Shown piece by piece: positions 13,452 through 25,793 of a stretch of DNA of 64,000 bases. The translations under genes and the position numbers were made by a program. The stretch comes from Phoronis australis. Lineage: Eukaryota; Animalia; Phoronida. Positions within the stretch are counted from its first letter, which is position 1; every line of letters begins with the position of its first letter. The DNA lies in the NCBI GenBank assembly GCA_002633005.1, contig NMRA01000354.1, forward strand, positions 1 through 64,000, in the 5' to 3' direction. The notes below the pieces were generated by a model. That model did no database searches and had not been told where the DNA came from. It saw nothing but the letters and a program-made list of their open reading frames with translations.

Positions 13452-16400
13452 ATGTCGTGCATTGGGTATTACGTTTTTTGATGAATTGGCAAAAATCCAA
13501 GTCGACTTTTTTATTACATGCTGTTATCAAAATGATAACACGGATCATTATCAATAAACGTTTGGACATAGTCGAGCTTTTTGCCGGCGCATTACGTTGG
13601 TGGAAAACTCTAGTCGCCATGAGTTGGGTAAATGAATACTTCTCTTCATCATGCACAGTTTGGCTTGAATTTCATTAGAACATTAAATCATAACAACCAG
13701 AAACTGACGCGACAATTTGGATGTTACTGTGGCATGGTGATACATATTATAGCGCAATGTTTATGTGTTTTGTCGTCTTGTGGAATGTGTCATGTCCAAT
13801 AAAAACCTGAAACAAGACTATTGTATATGTGGACTTGAAAGCCTTTTTCCAAGATAATGTGTATTTTCAATAAAATGTTTTTGCCCAAGGTTCTGCCATG
13901 CTGGTTTTTCTTATAGACAATCGATCAGGTGCCGTAACTGAAGAAAGAGGGACATAGCCTCGTTTCGTCACCAAGCACGCAAGGTTTGTGTTAACTAAAA
14001 CAAAGTCAGTTTTCTGACCTTACTGACTTGCTTGTTTAGAAAGTTACTGAGGTGACCAGCCTGTTTGTTGTGTAGTTTCGCGTTTTAAAAAAGTTGTTAA
14101 GTAGTTAGCACATTTTAGAATACGCACTACCGTGACGGAAAGCACATGTATTTTTTTGTAACAATTAACTAATACTGCGTCATTCAGTGGCAATTTCAGT
14201 TTCCTGTTCTTGCTTGTTTGGCATCTATTTGTCTATTTTCCAAATCCCGTTAACGATAATCACGATTTTGGCAGCCGTTCTTCAATTAACGGCGAAGGAC
14301 AGCACCCGCCAACTATTGGACGAATTCGAAAATCTTTTCCGTTCAAGTGGCAGTTTAGCTTTTGCTGTGTCCGCTTTATTTTCTTTGTAAGCCAACATTA
14401 ACATATATTATCTTACATCGCGGCTGGAGTTATTGGAGGCGCGGTCATCGTGTCGCGTCCACCCCATGCTAACACTGACTTACAATCACGTGCTTTGTTA
14501 GGTTATCCAATTCGGTGAACAATGGCGGAATGTCTTGTATCCTCATTCAGCCTTTATTTATTTATGACAACATATGGTGGCTGAGCTGAATTTGGATGCA
14601 GTAGGAGACAACTGTTGTCAAGTGGAAGATGATGGGAGCTGATGCTAATTGGAGCGATAAGCGGAAAAACGTAGATATCATCAACGAGAGACGTGTGTGT
14701 ATTTATAGAAATTGCAACAAAACTATAGATTTTAACTCAGAAAAAGTTTTCTAAAGAAAAAAAATATAACAATTCCTAATAGCAATTTGGAGAATATTGT
14801 GTAAGCACATTACCTGAAAGTTTCATATGAATCCGATCAGCCATTTATAAAAAAGGTTCCAAATTTAGCTAAAGTTGTTCATTTTTTAGGGTTCCACATA
14901 ACCTCAGGTATACTGCTATATGCTATACTAGTAGAATGGTTTTCTTTAAATTTTATTCTTGTTTTAGTCTCTAGATGATCTCTGTGCCCAGTTGTATGAA
15001 GAAGTCTCAAATACGGACTCGGTTAGCTCTCAATATTATAGAAATTATGTAGGGGTTTTTTGATGCAACGCCCCTAGTTTAAGGATTAAGTCCCTAATTA
15101 TTTTGACTGAATTAAGAACTCAGTGTTCAGTTGTATTACTAGAGAACGTCATTAGAAGAGGTCATAATAAGATATAATTATAGAAAAAACGCTATACCAG
15201 GGAGTATAGAACAAAACAAATATGCAAAAGATTCGGGGATGTTAGTTGAGTCCCAATTTGGGACTCTTTCATGCAACCGGACACTGATGACTATACATGT
15301 GTAATAGCATCTGAATCATGCAAGTGCGCAGAAAGAGTTAATAATATATGATTTCGACACCCTCTCTCTGACGTCTAAAAACACATACGCCATTCATGGA
15401 AAATTGGTTCTTGAATACGCGTAACAACCGTTTATAAATGATGAAAAGGTCTAGCTTTGTCGCATGTTTACAAGACGCTCACGATTTTAAGCGATTGCTA
15501 CGTTGAATTTCTATTTTCGATTCACAGCAAGTCTATGAATAATTCATTATTTAACCACCGCCTTCACCTCGTCATCTTGCTGTCTTCATCTAACACGTTA
15601 TAAAAAACACACCCGTCAAACCCGGATCCTTTAATTTGACCTTTTCTGCCCAGCAAGTTCTTTCTTTTCATGTGTGAAAATGGACATACCAATACAAATG
15701 TACGAGGTACTACAGACAAAATGTTGGAAGTGCATTCATCGGCATCAGTATTGCAGAGATAGCCATTTTTCGAATTTTCGATTCGCTGAACTCTAGCTCA
15801 TTCTAGTTCAGCGGTTATTTGAGGGCTCCTCAGAAATTTCGTATCCAGATCTCGCCAAGAGCTGTCCTAGACATCCTAAACATCTGATGTCTGTTCTCTT
15901 TTGTTGGTGGCTTTTCAATAAGCCATGTACACTTCACATTTTTGCCAGAAGTTCTTTTGTTTGGCAGCTGTATATGAAAAACTAATTCGATGACCCGTAC
16001 ATTTTGGCAGAATTTTAGTAGGAAAAGACCAAAACGCACAAAGCAATATTATTTGTTTTGAGATCAACTGTAAGTTAAAACGAACACTTTAAATACAAAC
16101 GGCTAATTTGGATTTGTTTAATACGCTTCTCGTCTTAGATTGTTCTCAATAACTAGATTTACTTTACAAACCCGACATTATGTAATCGCAGCGGGGTGAA
16201 TGTGACATTTCAGAAGAGCACATTGCGTATTCTATACTACCTCAAAAACTAAGTTTGTGGCCCATTCATTTTTTATCGTTTCATAGAAAACACGATGGTG
16301 TCAAAATAAAACGTAAAAGAAAACTTTAACAGTGTAACGCGGCTCAGTGGCGGAGCATTCACTTCAAAACAGCGGGAATGACATATGAGAAGGGTTGAAA

Positions 16401-17553
16401 TCGGGATCGTGCCCATTGGTAAAACTTTACAAAGTGCTATTTCTAAGACAAATACCGTAAAATTCCTCTTACTCTAAAGCTTTTCTGGATAAATCCCGGT
16501 CACTTACTTATGGCAGACGTGCCAGCGTTTATTAATTGACCTATCGCCAGAATTTTTAATGACGCTTTAACTGACCAATCAGAACGCAGCATTCTTGATA
16601 CACCTTCGTTTCCAAGCTGCCATTTTACTCGACAAACAACACGTTTTCGGGTAAAACATATTGTTTGTTTGTCACTATTCGCAAGGGTACGGAACTTGCG
16701 ATAGGTCAATTACTGGATCAAAACGAAGACAAACAAAAGAATTGTCTTTGCAAATTGTCTGCTCCAAGGTGGTGGCACGTTATTATAGACATCTTGCAAA
16801 GCATGAAATCAGATGGTGGATAAACTACAAGTGTAAATGCGTTTAAGTTCAGGGTACAAATTTCGACTGTTTCATTTGAGACTGGCATCTACTGGAAATT
16901 AGAATTCCTGTTTTAGAAGCTTTTCGGTACAAGCCCATACCCATGTTAATTTCCAGGGGCTTTTTTTAAAACAAGGCTATACCTTTTAGGATATAAGGAA
17001 AATCGTTTTCCTGTTTTTCTACCAATCGGCATTGACCATAGGCGTACTTGAACCGGTCGAGAGATCCTATGACATACCTTTTTGCCCGACTATAGGCGCC
17101 GTGGTTGCCACTGATTTCCAAAACCCCTTGTTATCTGTCTCTCCAGTATATATATATATATATCTATATACTGGAGTCCTTGGTCGCACTGAATTGATTG
17201 GCTAGTAAAACCACGTACAAAATGTACGCTGCGTCGGTCCACGGGAAAACCATTGCATGACAAGATAAGAATAAGTTACAAAAACAAACAGCAGGCCGTG
17301 TTGTAAAATTTCACTGGCAGACTTAGGATGACTCATGGGGGCCCAACCTTAAACTTAAAGTTGGACTTGGTCGAATTAAATGTCTTTTCTTGAGAAATTG
17401 GCTACTCTCTAAAAATGCCATCATGTTCTTACAAACAAAAGAATTCCAAAGTAATTTAATAACAGTATCTTTTTGACACTAAGGTTTTAGACGAAAGGCA
17501 AATTGAGACCTCACAATCAATGTCCTCTGTGGCATCATAGATCATAGACAACA

Positions 17554-17644
17554 AGGCCCAGTTGCATAAAAGTTATATACCATATAGCAACAATGACATC
17601 AATTTTCTCCAGCGGATAATTTTGAACGTTTATGCAACCCAGCC
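17554..17644. mobile_element. Very short, decayed PIF/Harbinger-like MITE
   Basis: Ends ggcccagttgcataaa and tttatgcaacccagcc are imperfect inverted repeats. The TSD is not clean. Confidence 0.4.
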
Positions 17645-18334
17645 CAGATTAGCAAGTCCGACATTTTCTTTCTAAATATCTTAGAGGAGGCGCCACACTC
17701 TAAACATAGCAAGCTCAACTTCCGGTTAGTGTATTGTGACGGGAAGTTCTTCCATCTGTTTTACTGCCTAAAAAATAATTTTGGCATTGAAACTTTGTTC
17801 AAGGTCTTCCAACACTAGAGTTTAGAAAAGTTTGAGCGGTACCGATGTGCATTCGAGCTTAAAATGAAACGTCATGTAAACTGCTGTTGAAGTGCGAGAT
17901 TGTTTTTTGAGTAGGCCTGGTGCTTATTTCTGGAGTATTAGTATGAGCTTTATTTATGAAGTTAACATTTTACGAGCGTTCAATTTATTTAAATGTGGAT
18001 GTGAATTGTGCAAAATCGCTGATCCAAATCCCGACGAAATGACCATGATTAGCAGACGACATACTTGCCGGAAGTAATACGTGCCATGACTGCCAGATGT
18101 CGATAGTGAATAATGACTCACGGCTTATGCGTAAGATCACAGATTTCGTCCATTGAAATATACGGAAATGGCGATCCATGTACCATAGCCTATGGTGGCA
18201 ACCAAAGATAAGAACTTGTTCGTCGTAACCAATGAAGTGAGAAACAAACCACTGTTCGACTTGTGTTCATTGAAGGTTACCTATTTCCTTGCATTGAAGA
18301 TTCTGTAAAAATACTCCACCTCATCTACTACATG

Positions 18335-19324
18335 CATAGGCGGATTTAGGGGAGGGGCCAGGGGGCCGCAAAAAATATAACAGCAAGAGCGTAGGGAAAT
18401 GTTGAGTTTATTAATTAACCCCGATAATTAAAATTATACGGATGAAACAAGATCTAAATGTGTGCAGTTTTAGGGTTGGGGTGGGGGGCTCAGATCCAAT
18501 TTCAAGTGTCAAATTCGGAACGCGCCTTATTCGTAATGGAAGTATGGCTAAGTATGGGCTCTCCCGCGATATCCCAGGCGACCGGCAGTGGCGTTGCGCA
18601 GTACGACTCCGTTTCCGTCGTCTGCTTCACTGTGCAATGAAGAAAATTTACTTCATTTTTTAAAGAAAATGGAACCTGAGTGACGATGAAAAAACAGAAT
18701 CTGCTGGTAAGATGTGAATTTAAATGGAAGCCTTAGTGAATCACTCAGAAACTCATAATTCTCTCTTTGACAAACTGACTTTTAAGTCTTAAAAGACGAT
18801 TTCCTAAGCAACCCGTCATTATTGCCAACACGAAAAACGGATTTGGTCTTTTGGGCATTTGAAGAGTATTTTAAATACAACAAATTTGTTAAGAACTGAT
18901 TGCACAAAATATAAAACGTGTAATAAACATTACAAAAAGAAGTAGGTTTCGCGCGCAAACGCTATGGATCATAAACAAGTAGGTTTCTTAGCATGGGTAG
19001 AGCAGAGATGTCGTGGTGGTGTAGTGGTAACACCGCGCGCGTTAACCGCCAGGTCGCGAGTTGGAGTCTCGGGTACGTGTAGTTTTTCCTGATTTGACAC
19101 GTTCTTCGTGTTTTTTTTTTTCTTAGATAATTCTTCAGGAATCAAGGAAAATGCTTGATTTTTGGAGGAAAAAACAGAAAAATTTCCTTGGCGAGATGGG
19201 AGCAAACCCCCCCTCCCGACCTCCCCCCTTCGGTACTATGCACATCTACAATCGTGGTTTGCGCAAATGCTTACAGCCGGACAAAATGTTGGCCCCCCCT
19301 TGTGATATCCTAGATCCGCCACTG
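18335..19324 (+). mobile_element. ~990-bp non-autonomous TIR DNA element (CATAGGCGGATTTAGG...CCTAGATCCGCCACTG), with an internal tRNA-like segment
   Basis: Imperfect TIRs, flanked on both sides by ACATG. Colinear with the copy at 37558-38443 over ~880 bp. Confidence 0.85.
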
Positions 19325-21219
19325 ACATGAAGATTCCTAATCGCCTCCGCCTGAAAAATTCTACTTCAAAGGTATACCAGTATATGTCAACACCACCTTG
19401 TGGGTGAGTCCAAAGCTAAAGCGGTCTCGAACCACCGTCGATCGTTTGTGGCATGTTAATAACCGAGGGACCTTGCGTCTCACTTCTAAGCTGGACGACT
19501 TTTCAAGATCCGAAGCTCTTGCACGTCCCAAATGCTATATCGGACTCTTCAAAAGACAACAGTGTTCTCTAGGTATTCCCTTAGGTAATAGAGGCAACCG
19601 GATCACGTAAGTGGGAACCCGTTAGAGTACATGTCAATGAATCCACCAGTCTATCGACCTTTCAGCAAAATTCCGTTTTAAGTTTGCATGGAGTTAGAAG
19701 AGAAACTGAAAGAGCTCGAAGACGATGACGTCATAGAAAGAGCAGATGATCCAACTACCTGAATATCATCTATTGTTGTGGTTCCTAAAGATACCAACTC
19801 CGATGACGTACGAATGTGCGAGAGCGTCACGTCGTCCCAGCGATCCGTTACGTCGTAGCTGACCTTAGAGGGTGCCGGGTGTTCAGTAAGATTGATTTGA
19901 AACATGGCTAACATCAGATCTCACTCAATTTTTAATCGCGGAGTCTAACTAAATTATCTTTCCATACTGGACTGCGGCGATACAAATGGCTGGACTTAAG
20001 AATGTCGTGTCCTGTTGAGATTTTCCAGAAAAATTAACAGTGAAACAATAGTTGGCATTCAAGGAGTGAAGAATGCATGCGATGACATCTGCATTGCGGA
20101 AATAAACTTAGATGACCATGACAGGCACCTGCGACAAGAAATTTGAATGTCTCAAGCCCATCGTAACCTGAAAGTCAACTCCCAGAAGTGTCGTTTTTTG
20201 CACCTTGAGTATGATTTCCTTTAAACATATCGTCTGATTCAAAGAAAATTGAACATATCCATTCTCTTAAGCCAACTACCAATGTTCCCGAAGAAAGAAG
20301 CTTCTTAAGCTCTGCATTGTTCTGCTCACGATATATCCGAGATTGTGCTACCGTCACCAGGCCCGTGACAATGCTGACTCACAGAGTCCAACCATGGAAT
20401 TGGAACGATGAAGAACAGACTTCTTTTGTTGAAATCAGGAATGTTTTTGCATGGACGCATTCTGAAAGGACCAAATGACCACACATCAGACCTCTTTCAC
20501 TGTGCGAGCTGTAACTAATCATCTCCCGAAGCAAGGTATGCGCAAATTGATTGAGAAGCCTTGTCGATCTACTAGGCCATCAAGTGATGTCACTTGTATC
20601 TGTTTGGAAAATACTTCAAAATTGTTACTGATGATCAACAGTTGGTACCCCTGTTCAACAATTGCACATCCAAGCCATCTGCCAGACATATTACAAGGCT
20701 ATTTGATGGATCTGCAGAAGTATCGCTTCGGTGTTGAGTATCAGCCGGGTATTGAGAATGCAGCAGATAGCACATGACGTCTCAAACGCGATGAAGCTTG
20801 GCGATATCGAAGCAGGAACTACCTCTGATCAAGTACTGTAAGCTGTAATCGAATATCTTGTAGGAATTGGCACAACCCATTTCTGGCGTAAGCTTAGCTG
20901 ACGTATCTCGCTCCGAAGCTGAAATTAACTGCACATCTCACAGTGAGTCGAATGGCGTCATGGTCCTAGCATTTCTTCAACTGCAAACTCTCGACATTGC
21001 TCGTTAAAGACTTTTGGGGATTGTGAAGACGACAGTGTTAATGAAAGAGAACGTTTAGTTCCTATTAGTGAATCGATTGTTAGGGCAAACTGTAAAATCT
21101 GGTTCACTGTGCCAGGTAACTAAACCTGTACACAGCCGTGAACGTCTAAAGCCCACTGAGCAACCTTTAAAAGAATTCCCCATTATCGACAGAGAAATCA
21201 TTCTTCAAATCACTGACTG

Positions 21220-21740
21220 TGTTGTGAATGGTGACTTCCGGTTGTAACGACACGTACAGTCAGATATAGCCTCTCTAAGTCGCTTGCCAAGTGGCAATTG
21301 CCTCTTGGCCGACTGGTTTAGACGCTTGGCCGTCGCTCGTGCAACCTGGGTTCAAGTCCTACCAGAGACACAGAAGTTTTCTACAATGGCGCCCAACTAT
21401 GGAAAAATCTGCAATTAACCCTGAGATGTAAAGCAGCGTATGGAGAGGAAACGACCTGATAATGCTGGATTCAGAGCACAAAGAGATCGTCGCTGACGGC
21501 AAGTTCCAGGACGCTAGGGTGTTGCTGAGATTTAAAAGCCAGGGAGCTCGCCTGTTCCGCAGAAGCGAGAGTAGTGTTGTGAATCGTGACTTCCGGTTGT
21601 GACGACACGTACAGCCAGATAAAGCCTCTCTTAGTCGCTTGCCAAGTGGCAATTGCCTCTTGGCCAACTAGTTTAGGTGCTTGACCGTCGCTCGTGCAAC
21701 CTGGGTTGAAGTCCCACCAGAGACACGGAAATTTTCTACA
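21220..21740 (+). mobile_element. Complete TRIM (miniature non-autonomous LTR retrotransposon) with tRNA-like LTRs, nested in the Gypsy integrase
   Basis: LTR1 21220-21385 and LTR2 21575-21740 (166 bp each, TGT...ACA, 14 substitutions, no indels). PBS TGGCGCCCAAC at 21387-21397, purine-rich PPT agaagcgagagtag at 21561-21574, TSD ACTG at 21216-21219 and 21741-21744. Confidence 0.93.
21300..21369 (+). ncRNA. tRNA-like Pol III cassette in the 5' LTR (second copy at 21655-21724)
   Basis: A box TGGCCGACTGG, B box GGTTCAAGTCC, acceptor-like pairing gcctct/agagac and a T-stem tggg/ccca (intact in LTR2). There is no canonical anticodon arm. TTTT follows at 21377-21380. Confidence 0.7.
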
Positions 21741-23589
21741 ACTGCTGTTCACGCTACCCTATTGTTGAACCACTTGGATTGACCAGTGCTTCATAAGTCA
21801 AACCTAAACTTGCCCAGATCTTTGCGACCTTTGGTACTCCTGAAGCCCTAAAGACTGATAGAGGCCCGCGATTCAACGGTGAGAAGTTTGCTAGATTTGC
21901 AAATGTGACTTATGTCAATCATCGAAAGGTGACTCCGGTGTCACTGAGGGCGAATGGGGAAGTGGAAAAAGTGTACGGACTCTGAAAAAACACATCAAGG
22001 TTGCAAAGGGTAAAGGAACGCGTTTTTCAAGCCGTCCTCAGATACTGCCGCAGCACACCACATGCAACGATCGGCTTAGCTCCACTCACATTTTTCTAAA
22101 TAGAACCCTCCAAACCGGAATATAACGATAAAAAGACATACAGTCAAACCGTACTATGTACAACCAAGTTTTTGTTTCTGTCAATACGTTTATTCACCCA
22201 AAAATGGTGATTTGGATGAGGCTGAAGGTGGGTAACCCCAGCTACAGAGCCTTTCAATGATAGTAATATGAAAACTATTACAACATAAGAAACAAGAACG
22301 TAATAAAAATTGGGCGTAATATAAACATATTATCATAGTGAAGGGGGGTGAATGACAGGGGAAATGGGAAGGAATTTCACGCTCTCTTTCCCGCTCACAC
22401 TCAAACATGAAGCAAAAGTAACTGTACAATAACTATGACGAAGACGAAAATCAAAAACGAAATAATACAACCAAGGGATTTTTATGTTGGTCGCGAGGTT
22501 TTAGTGAAAAATTCGTAAATCTTGTGAAACGAAACGTTCAATTCCAGAAAACCCAGTGGTCATCACGAAACGCAGTGGGAATATGATCTCTGCGTCTGAT
22601 GGTGAGAAGGAATTGCTTTAGATGGGCACTTCGAAAAACCAGATCCATAGTTTAATGAGCTGTAACCAATTGCACAGAATATTTAGGATGCGCCTCAAGA
22701 TGACAATCCTCACTCTGATTCTTCGTGGAAACTAAACCGACTGTGCCGATTGCTTTTCCAACTCCTAGAGGTTCCACGAGAGAAAGAAAGGTTCTTGAGA
22801 GACAGATTGGGAAGATGTACAGGAACGATCTTTGGACTTGGTGTTTCAGACTTCCTGTATAGTTACCATCCTTATTACAGCATTTTAGTATTTCCGTTAC
22901 AAATCTGGCGAATGCTGACAGTATAATGATTTCCTGCACGTTATGTCTCAGTTAATGACTCAAATCACTATCATTAGTGCTATAACAGAACACCAGTGGG
23001 CAAGAGGGCCGGGATTGTCATCCGACATTTTTTATATTAATATACCCCCATAATGGCAGACGAGGAGTCTGTTTCTTAAAAAATGACTAAAAATTGGTGT
23101 TAAATACTGGTCTTACACAATCATTTCTGAAAAATAATTAAATTTCATTTTATCACACATACTAAGTCTCTAAGAATGTCCATGTAACTAGTTAATAATT
23201 TCTAGGCTTTGATGTGATGATAATTACATAGCTAAATCTTTATTCAGTGGTTGTGAAGTAAGAGCACAAACCAAGCCACTTTTCTTGAAACGGACCCCAC
23301 TATATAATTATGTGGTAAAGCCAAATATAACCCCGTCAAAGTAATTCTTCGCTATTTTGGTGTTAAGAGTCTGTCATTTCCCTTACATCACAAACTATGA
23401 ACGTTCATGAATTTCACGACTTGTCACTCGTTTGGTGCAAGACGTCGAGTGACGCAAATGCGTAACTTCAATAATCAAATGAGCATGTATTAACAAGAAC
23501 ACTAAGAGGCGACAGGAGGTAGCAGACCAGGGTATGTAGTGTTCAGTAGCTCTCTCGCGACTAGAAAACTTTAACCAAATTCACGAGTT

Positions 23590-23676
23590 CTTTAAAATAC
23601 ACGAAAATATCTCGCGTAATCTCGAGAAGCCTTGCTTTTTTGCGAGGTCCTAGCGTAGGTCCTGGTGTTACTGGTC
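23590..23676 (+). repeat. Fragment of the MITE family at 7330-7478
   Basis: aaatatctcgcgtaatctcgagaagccttgctttt...gaggtcctagcg matches ~7411-7461. Confidence 0.7.
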
Positions 23677-23880
23677 CAGGATAGCGACATTGTAACTTGA
23701 CTTCATAAAATGCTTTCGCGTGCGACTGTATCCCGTCCTAAGTCCCCACAAACATAGACTACAGGATTCTTGGGAATGATCTGCGACCGTCTCAAAATGT
23801 CAAAAATGAACTGTATGAGCCCGCGTTCAGATTGAGACAACTTACCGCTATGAAACTGATCTCAACTTGGTCCTTAATTC

Positions 23881-25793
23881 TGAAGTTAAACGAAGTTGAA
23901 GTTTGATTGTAATTGTGCGTAGGAATATTAGCATAATAGAGGTTACATGTGAGAGTGCACTGCGCATAACCGAAGTTGAATATACATCATCAGACCAAAA
24001 TTACCTGTGCGAACAGCTCTACGCTGCACCCAAAATAATACCCCAACTCAAACAAACATCTCACCAAGATGGGAGGGAAACCTATGAGGCGGGCATGTAA
24101 CCTCTATTATGCTAATATTCCTACTATTCAATTTAGTGAAGTTTCGTTTAATTTCAAAATCCTGCGTAGGAATACGCATAATACGGTTCCATGAGAGTTT
24201 AAAGCAACTGATGTGCGTATTGAGAAACAACAATAAATGTTCCAAATCAATAATCATTTATTCGTATCCACATCATTCAACAACGTAGTGGCAAAATCAT
24301 CAGAAACACCAATTGGTTTATCACATAACCGAGCAAAGGTAGATGCACATGACCATCCAGCTGTGGCCACAGTTGTATAAATTGGCACTGAACGTTGATT
24401 GACAGATGACACACTGGCTGCTCTACAACTATGTGCGGCAAACTGGGAAGTATCAATACCTGCCCTCTACACGACAACCTTAATCCAATTAACGCCTCAT
24501 TGCGTCTACAATCACTGCATGATAAGGCCTCACATAACTAATGAACAACCGTGACCGCAACCCTCGAATCCGAGAAGTGCGATTCAAGTATTCCTTAAGC
24601 ACAGTATAAACACAGAGCCTTCTATCTGGAGGATAAGCTTTCAAATTTACAACAACAGGAGATATTCCTGTTCTATTCTGTTTCACATGTGAACGAATAA
24701 CAAACTTATAACCTGACTTATCTTTCACCATCAGCAATATCCAATAAATGAATAGTCTGACATCTCTGCGCAGACAACAAAGCAATCACCCCCACAAGCT
24801 TCAATGTAAAATCTTTTAAAGTCAATGATGCCACAGGAGACAAAGTTCTCAAATAATTCAACACCGGGTTAACATTTCATATACGAGTGTACTTGGTTCC
24901 AGGAGGTCTCAGTTAATTGAAACACACCTTGCATAAACTTCACAACCAGTGGATGGCTGCCAAAAGACTCAGTCTGCTCAAATATAACAAAATTAGATAA
25001 AAGCACAACAAGCAGAGTTCGCCGAACTGTAACTCAATCCATCTTTAACTATTTCGGCCAAAAAATCCAATCTAGTAGATAAAGAACAACAACATTAATG
25101 GGGATCAGCTTGCCTTTGAAGTGCAATATCCATTTGTCAAGATGCATGGCATACTGTTTCTTGGTGCTTCATCTCCACGATGCCAAGAAAACTTCTTTTG
25201 TGCGGCTAGAAAGGTCCCGACCCTCAGCAGATCGCCTGATAAATGAACTGCCAGTAACACCAGCTTCTGTCTCAATGGATGTTTCGCACCCGACACTGGT
25301 ATCCGTAGCACTCCTTGCGGAAGCACAAGAGGTTTGGCAACCAACATTTTCATGAGTCTGGGGTACCACACTTGAGTTGTCTGATAAGGTACTATCATAA
25401 TACCTTGTGCACGGTCCACTGTAACCTTCTGTATACAACGGGAGATCAGATTGAAAGGCGGAAAAGCATAAAAATTGAGACCATGCCATCACATTGAAAA
25501 AGCGTCAATGAATTCTGCCCCAGGTTCAGGTCGCCAAGACACAAACCTCTCAACCCAGAAGCAAACAAATCAATCTCAGTGAGAAACAACTCTTTAGTTG
25601 TCATCTGATCAAAACAGATCGATGCAACATCCATTCAGTGTTATCACAAAAATAATTCCTAGACTCATAATCAGCCAGGTTATAACGCTGACAGTGACAA
25701 GCACTACGCCAAACGTTGTGAGCAATAGAAAACTCCCAAATTCGTACTGCTAAACTATTACACTCTTCAGACTTTGTTTCCCCTATGGCATTT
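23881..25793 (-). mobile_element. 5'-truncated, decayed DIRS1-like tyrosine-recombinase retrotransposon (RNase H, MT-like domain, YR, ICR, right terminal repeat)
   Basis: Minus-strand translation gives RNase H NAIGETKSEECNSLAVRIWEFSIAHNVW...ADYESR, the MT-like region EIDLFAS...WRPEPGAEFIDAFS...FYAFPPFNL...DRAQGIMIVP..TTQVWYPRL, and YR HPLVVKFMQGVF...VNPVLNYLRTLSP...LTLKDFTLKL...SAQRCQTIH...YPPDRRLCVYTVLKEYLNRT...LFISYVRPYHAV. Confidence 0.9.

Larger units (their letters stand above)
19610..22110 (+). mobile_element. Decayed Ty3/Gypsy LTR retrotransposon pol (RT-RNase H-integrase order), many stops and frameshifts
   Basis: Manual translation gives RT motifs ELEEKLKELEDDDVIERADDPTT*ISSIVVVPKD...VRMC, VFSKIDLKHG*HQI and GVKNACDDICI (xxDD, ~20071-20090), the connection region RSFLSSALFCSRYIRDCATVTRP, the RNase H end LMDLQKYRFGVEYQPGIENAAD, and the integrase core ITDCCSRYPIVE...IFATFGTPEALKTDRGPRFNGEKFARF...RANGEVE...RSTPHAT. 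Confidence 0.92.

Noticed and set aside
13247-13700. Possible piggyBac-like transposase relic on the minus strand
   Set aside because: Only vague motifs (DETVSF); no consistent frame or TTAA ends could be found.
17131-17176. Hairpin ctccagtata...tatactggag
   Set aside because: Mostly explained by the self-complementary (TA)n microsatellite.
21300-21369. Functional tRNA gene
   Set aside because: No canonical anticodon stem-loop and an imperfect acceptor stem; it is part of the LTR.
19325-22450. LTRs of the Gypsy element itself
   Set aside because: No matching direct repeats, PBS or gag remnants could be seen flanking the pol relic.
22709-22854. Possible terminal exon on the minus strand (KSETPSPKIVPVHLP...SFHEESE*)
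   Set aside because: Weak acceptor with no polypyrimidine tract, no recognisable homology and no upstream partner exon.
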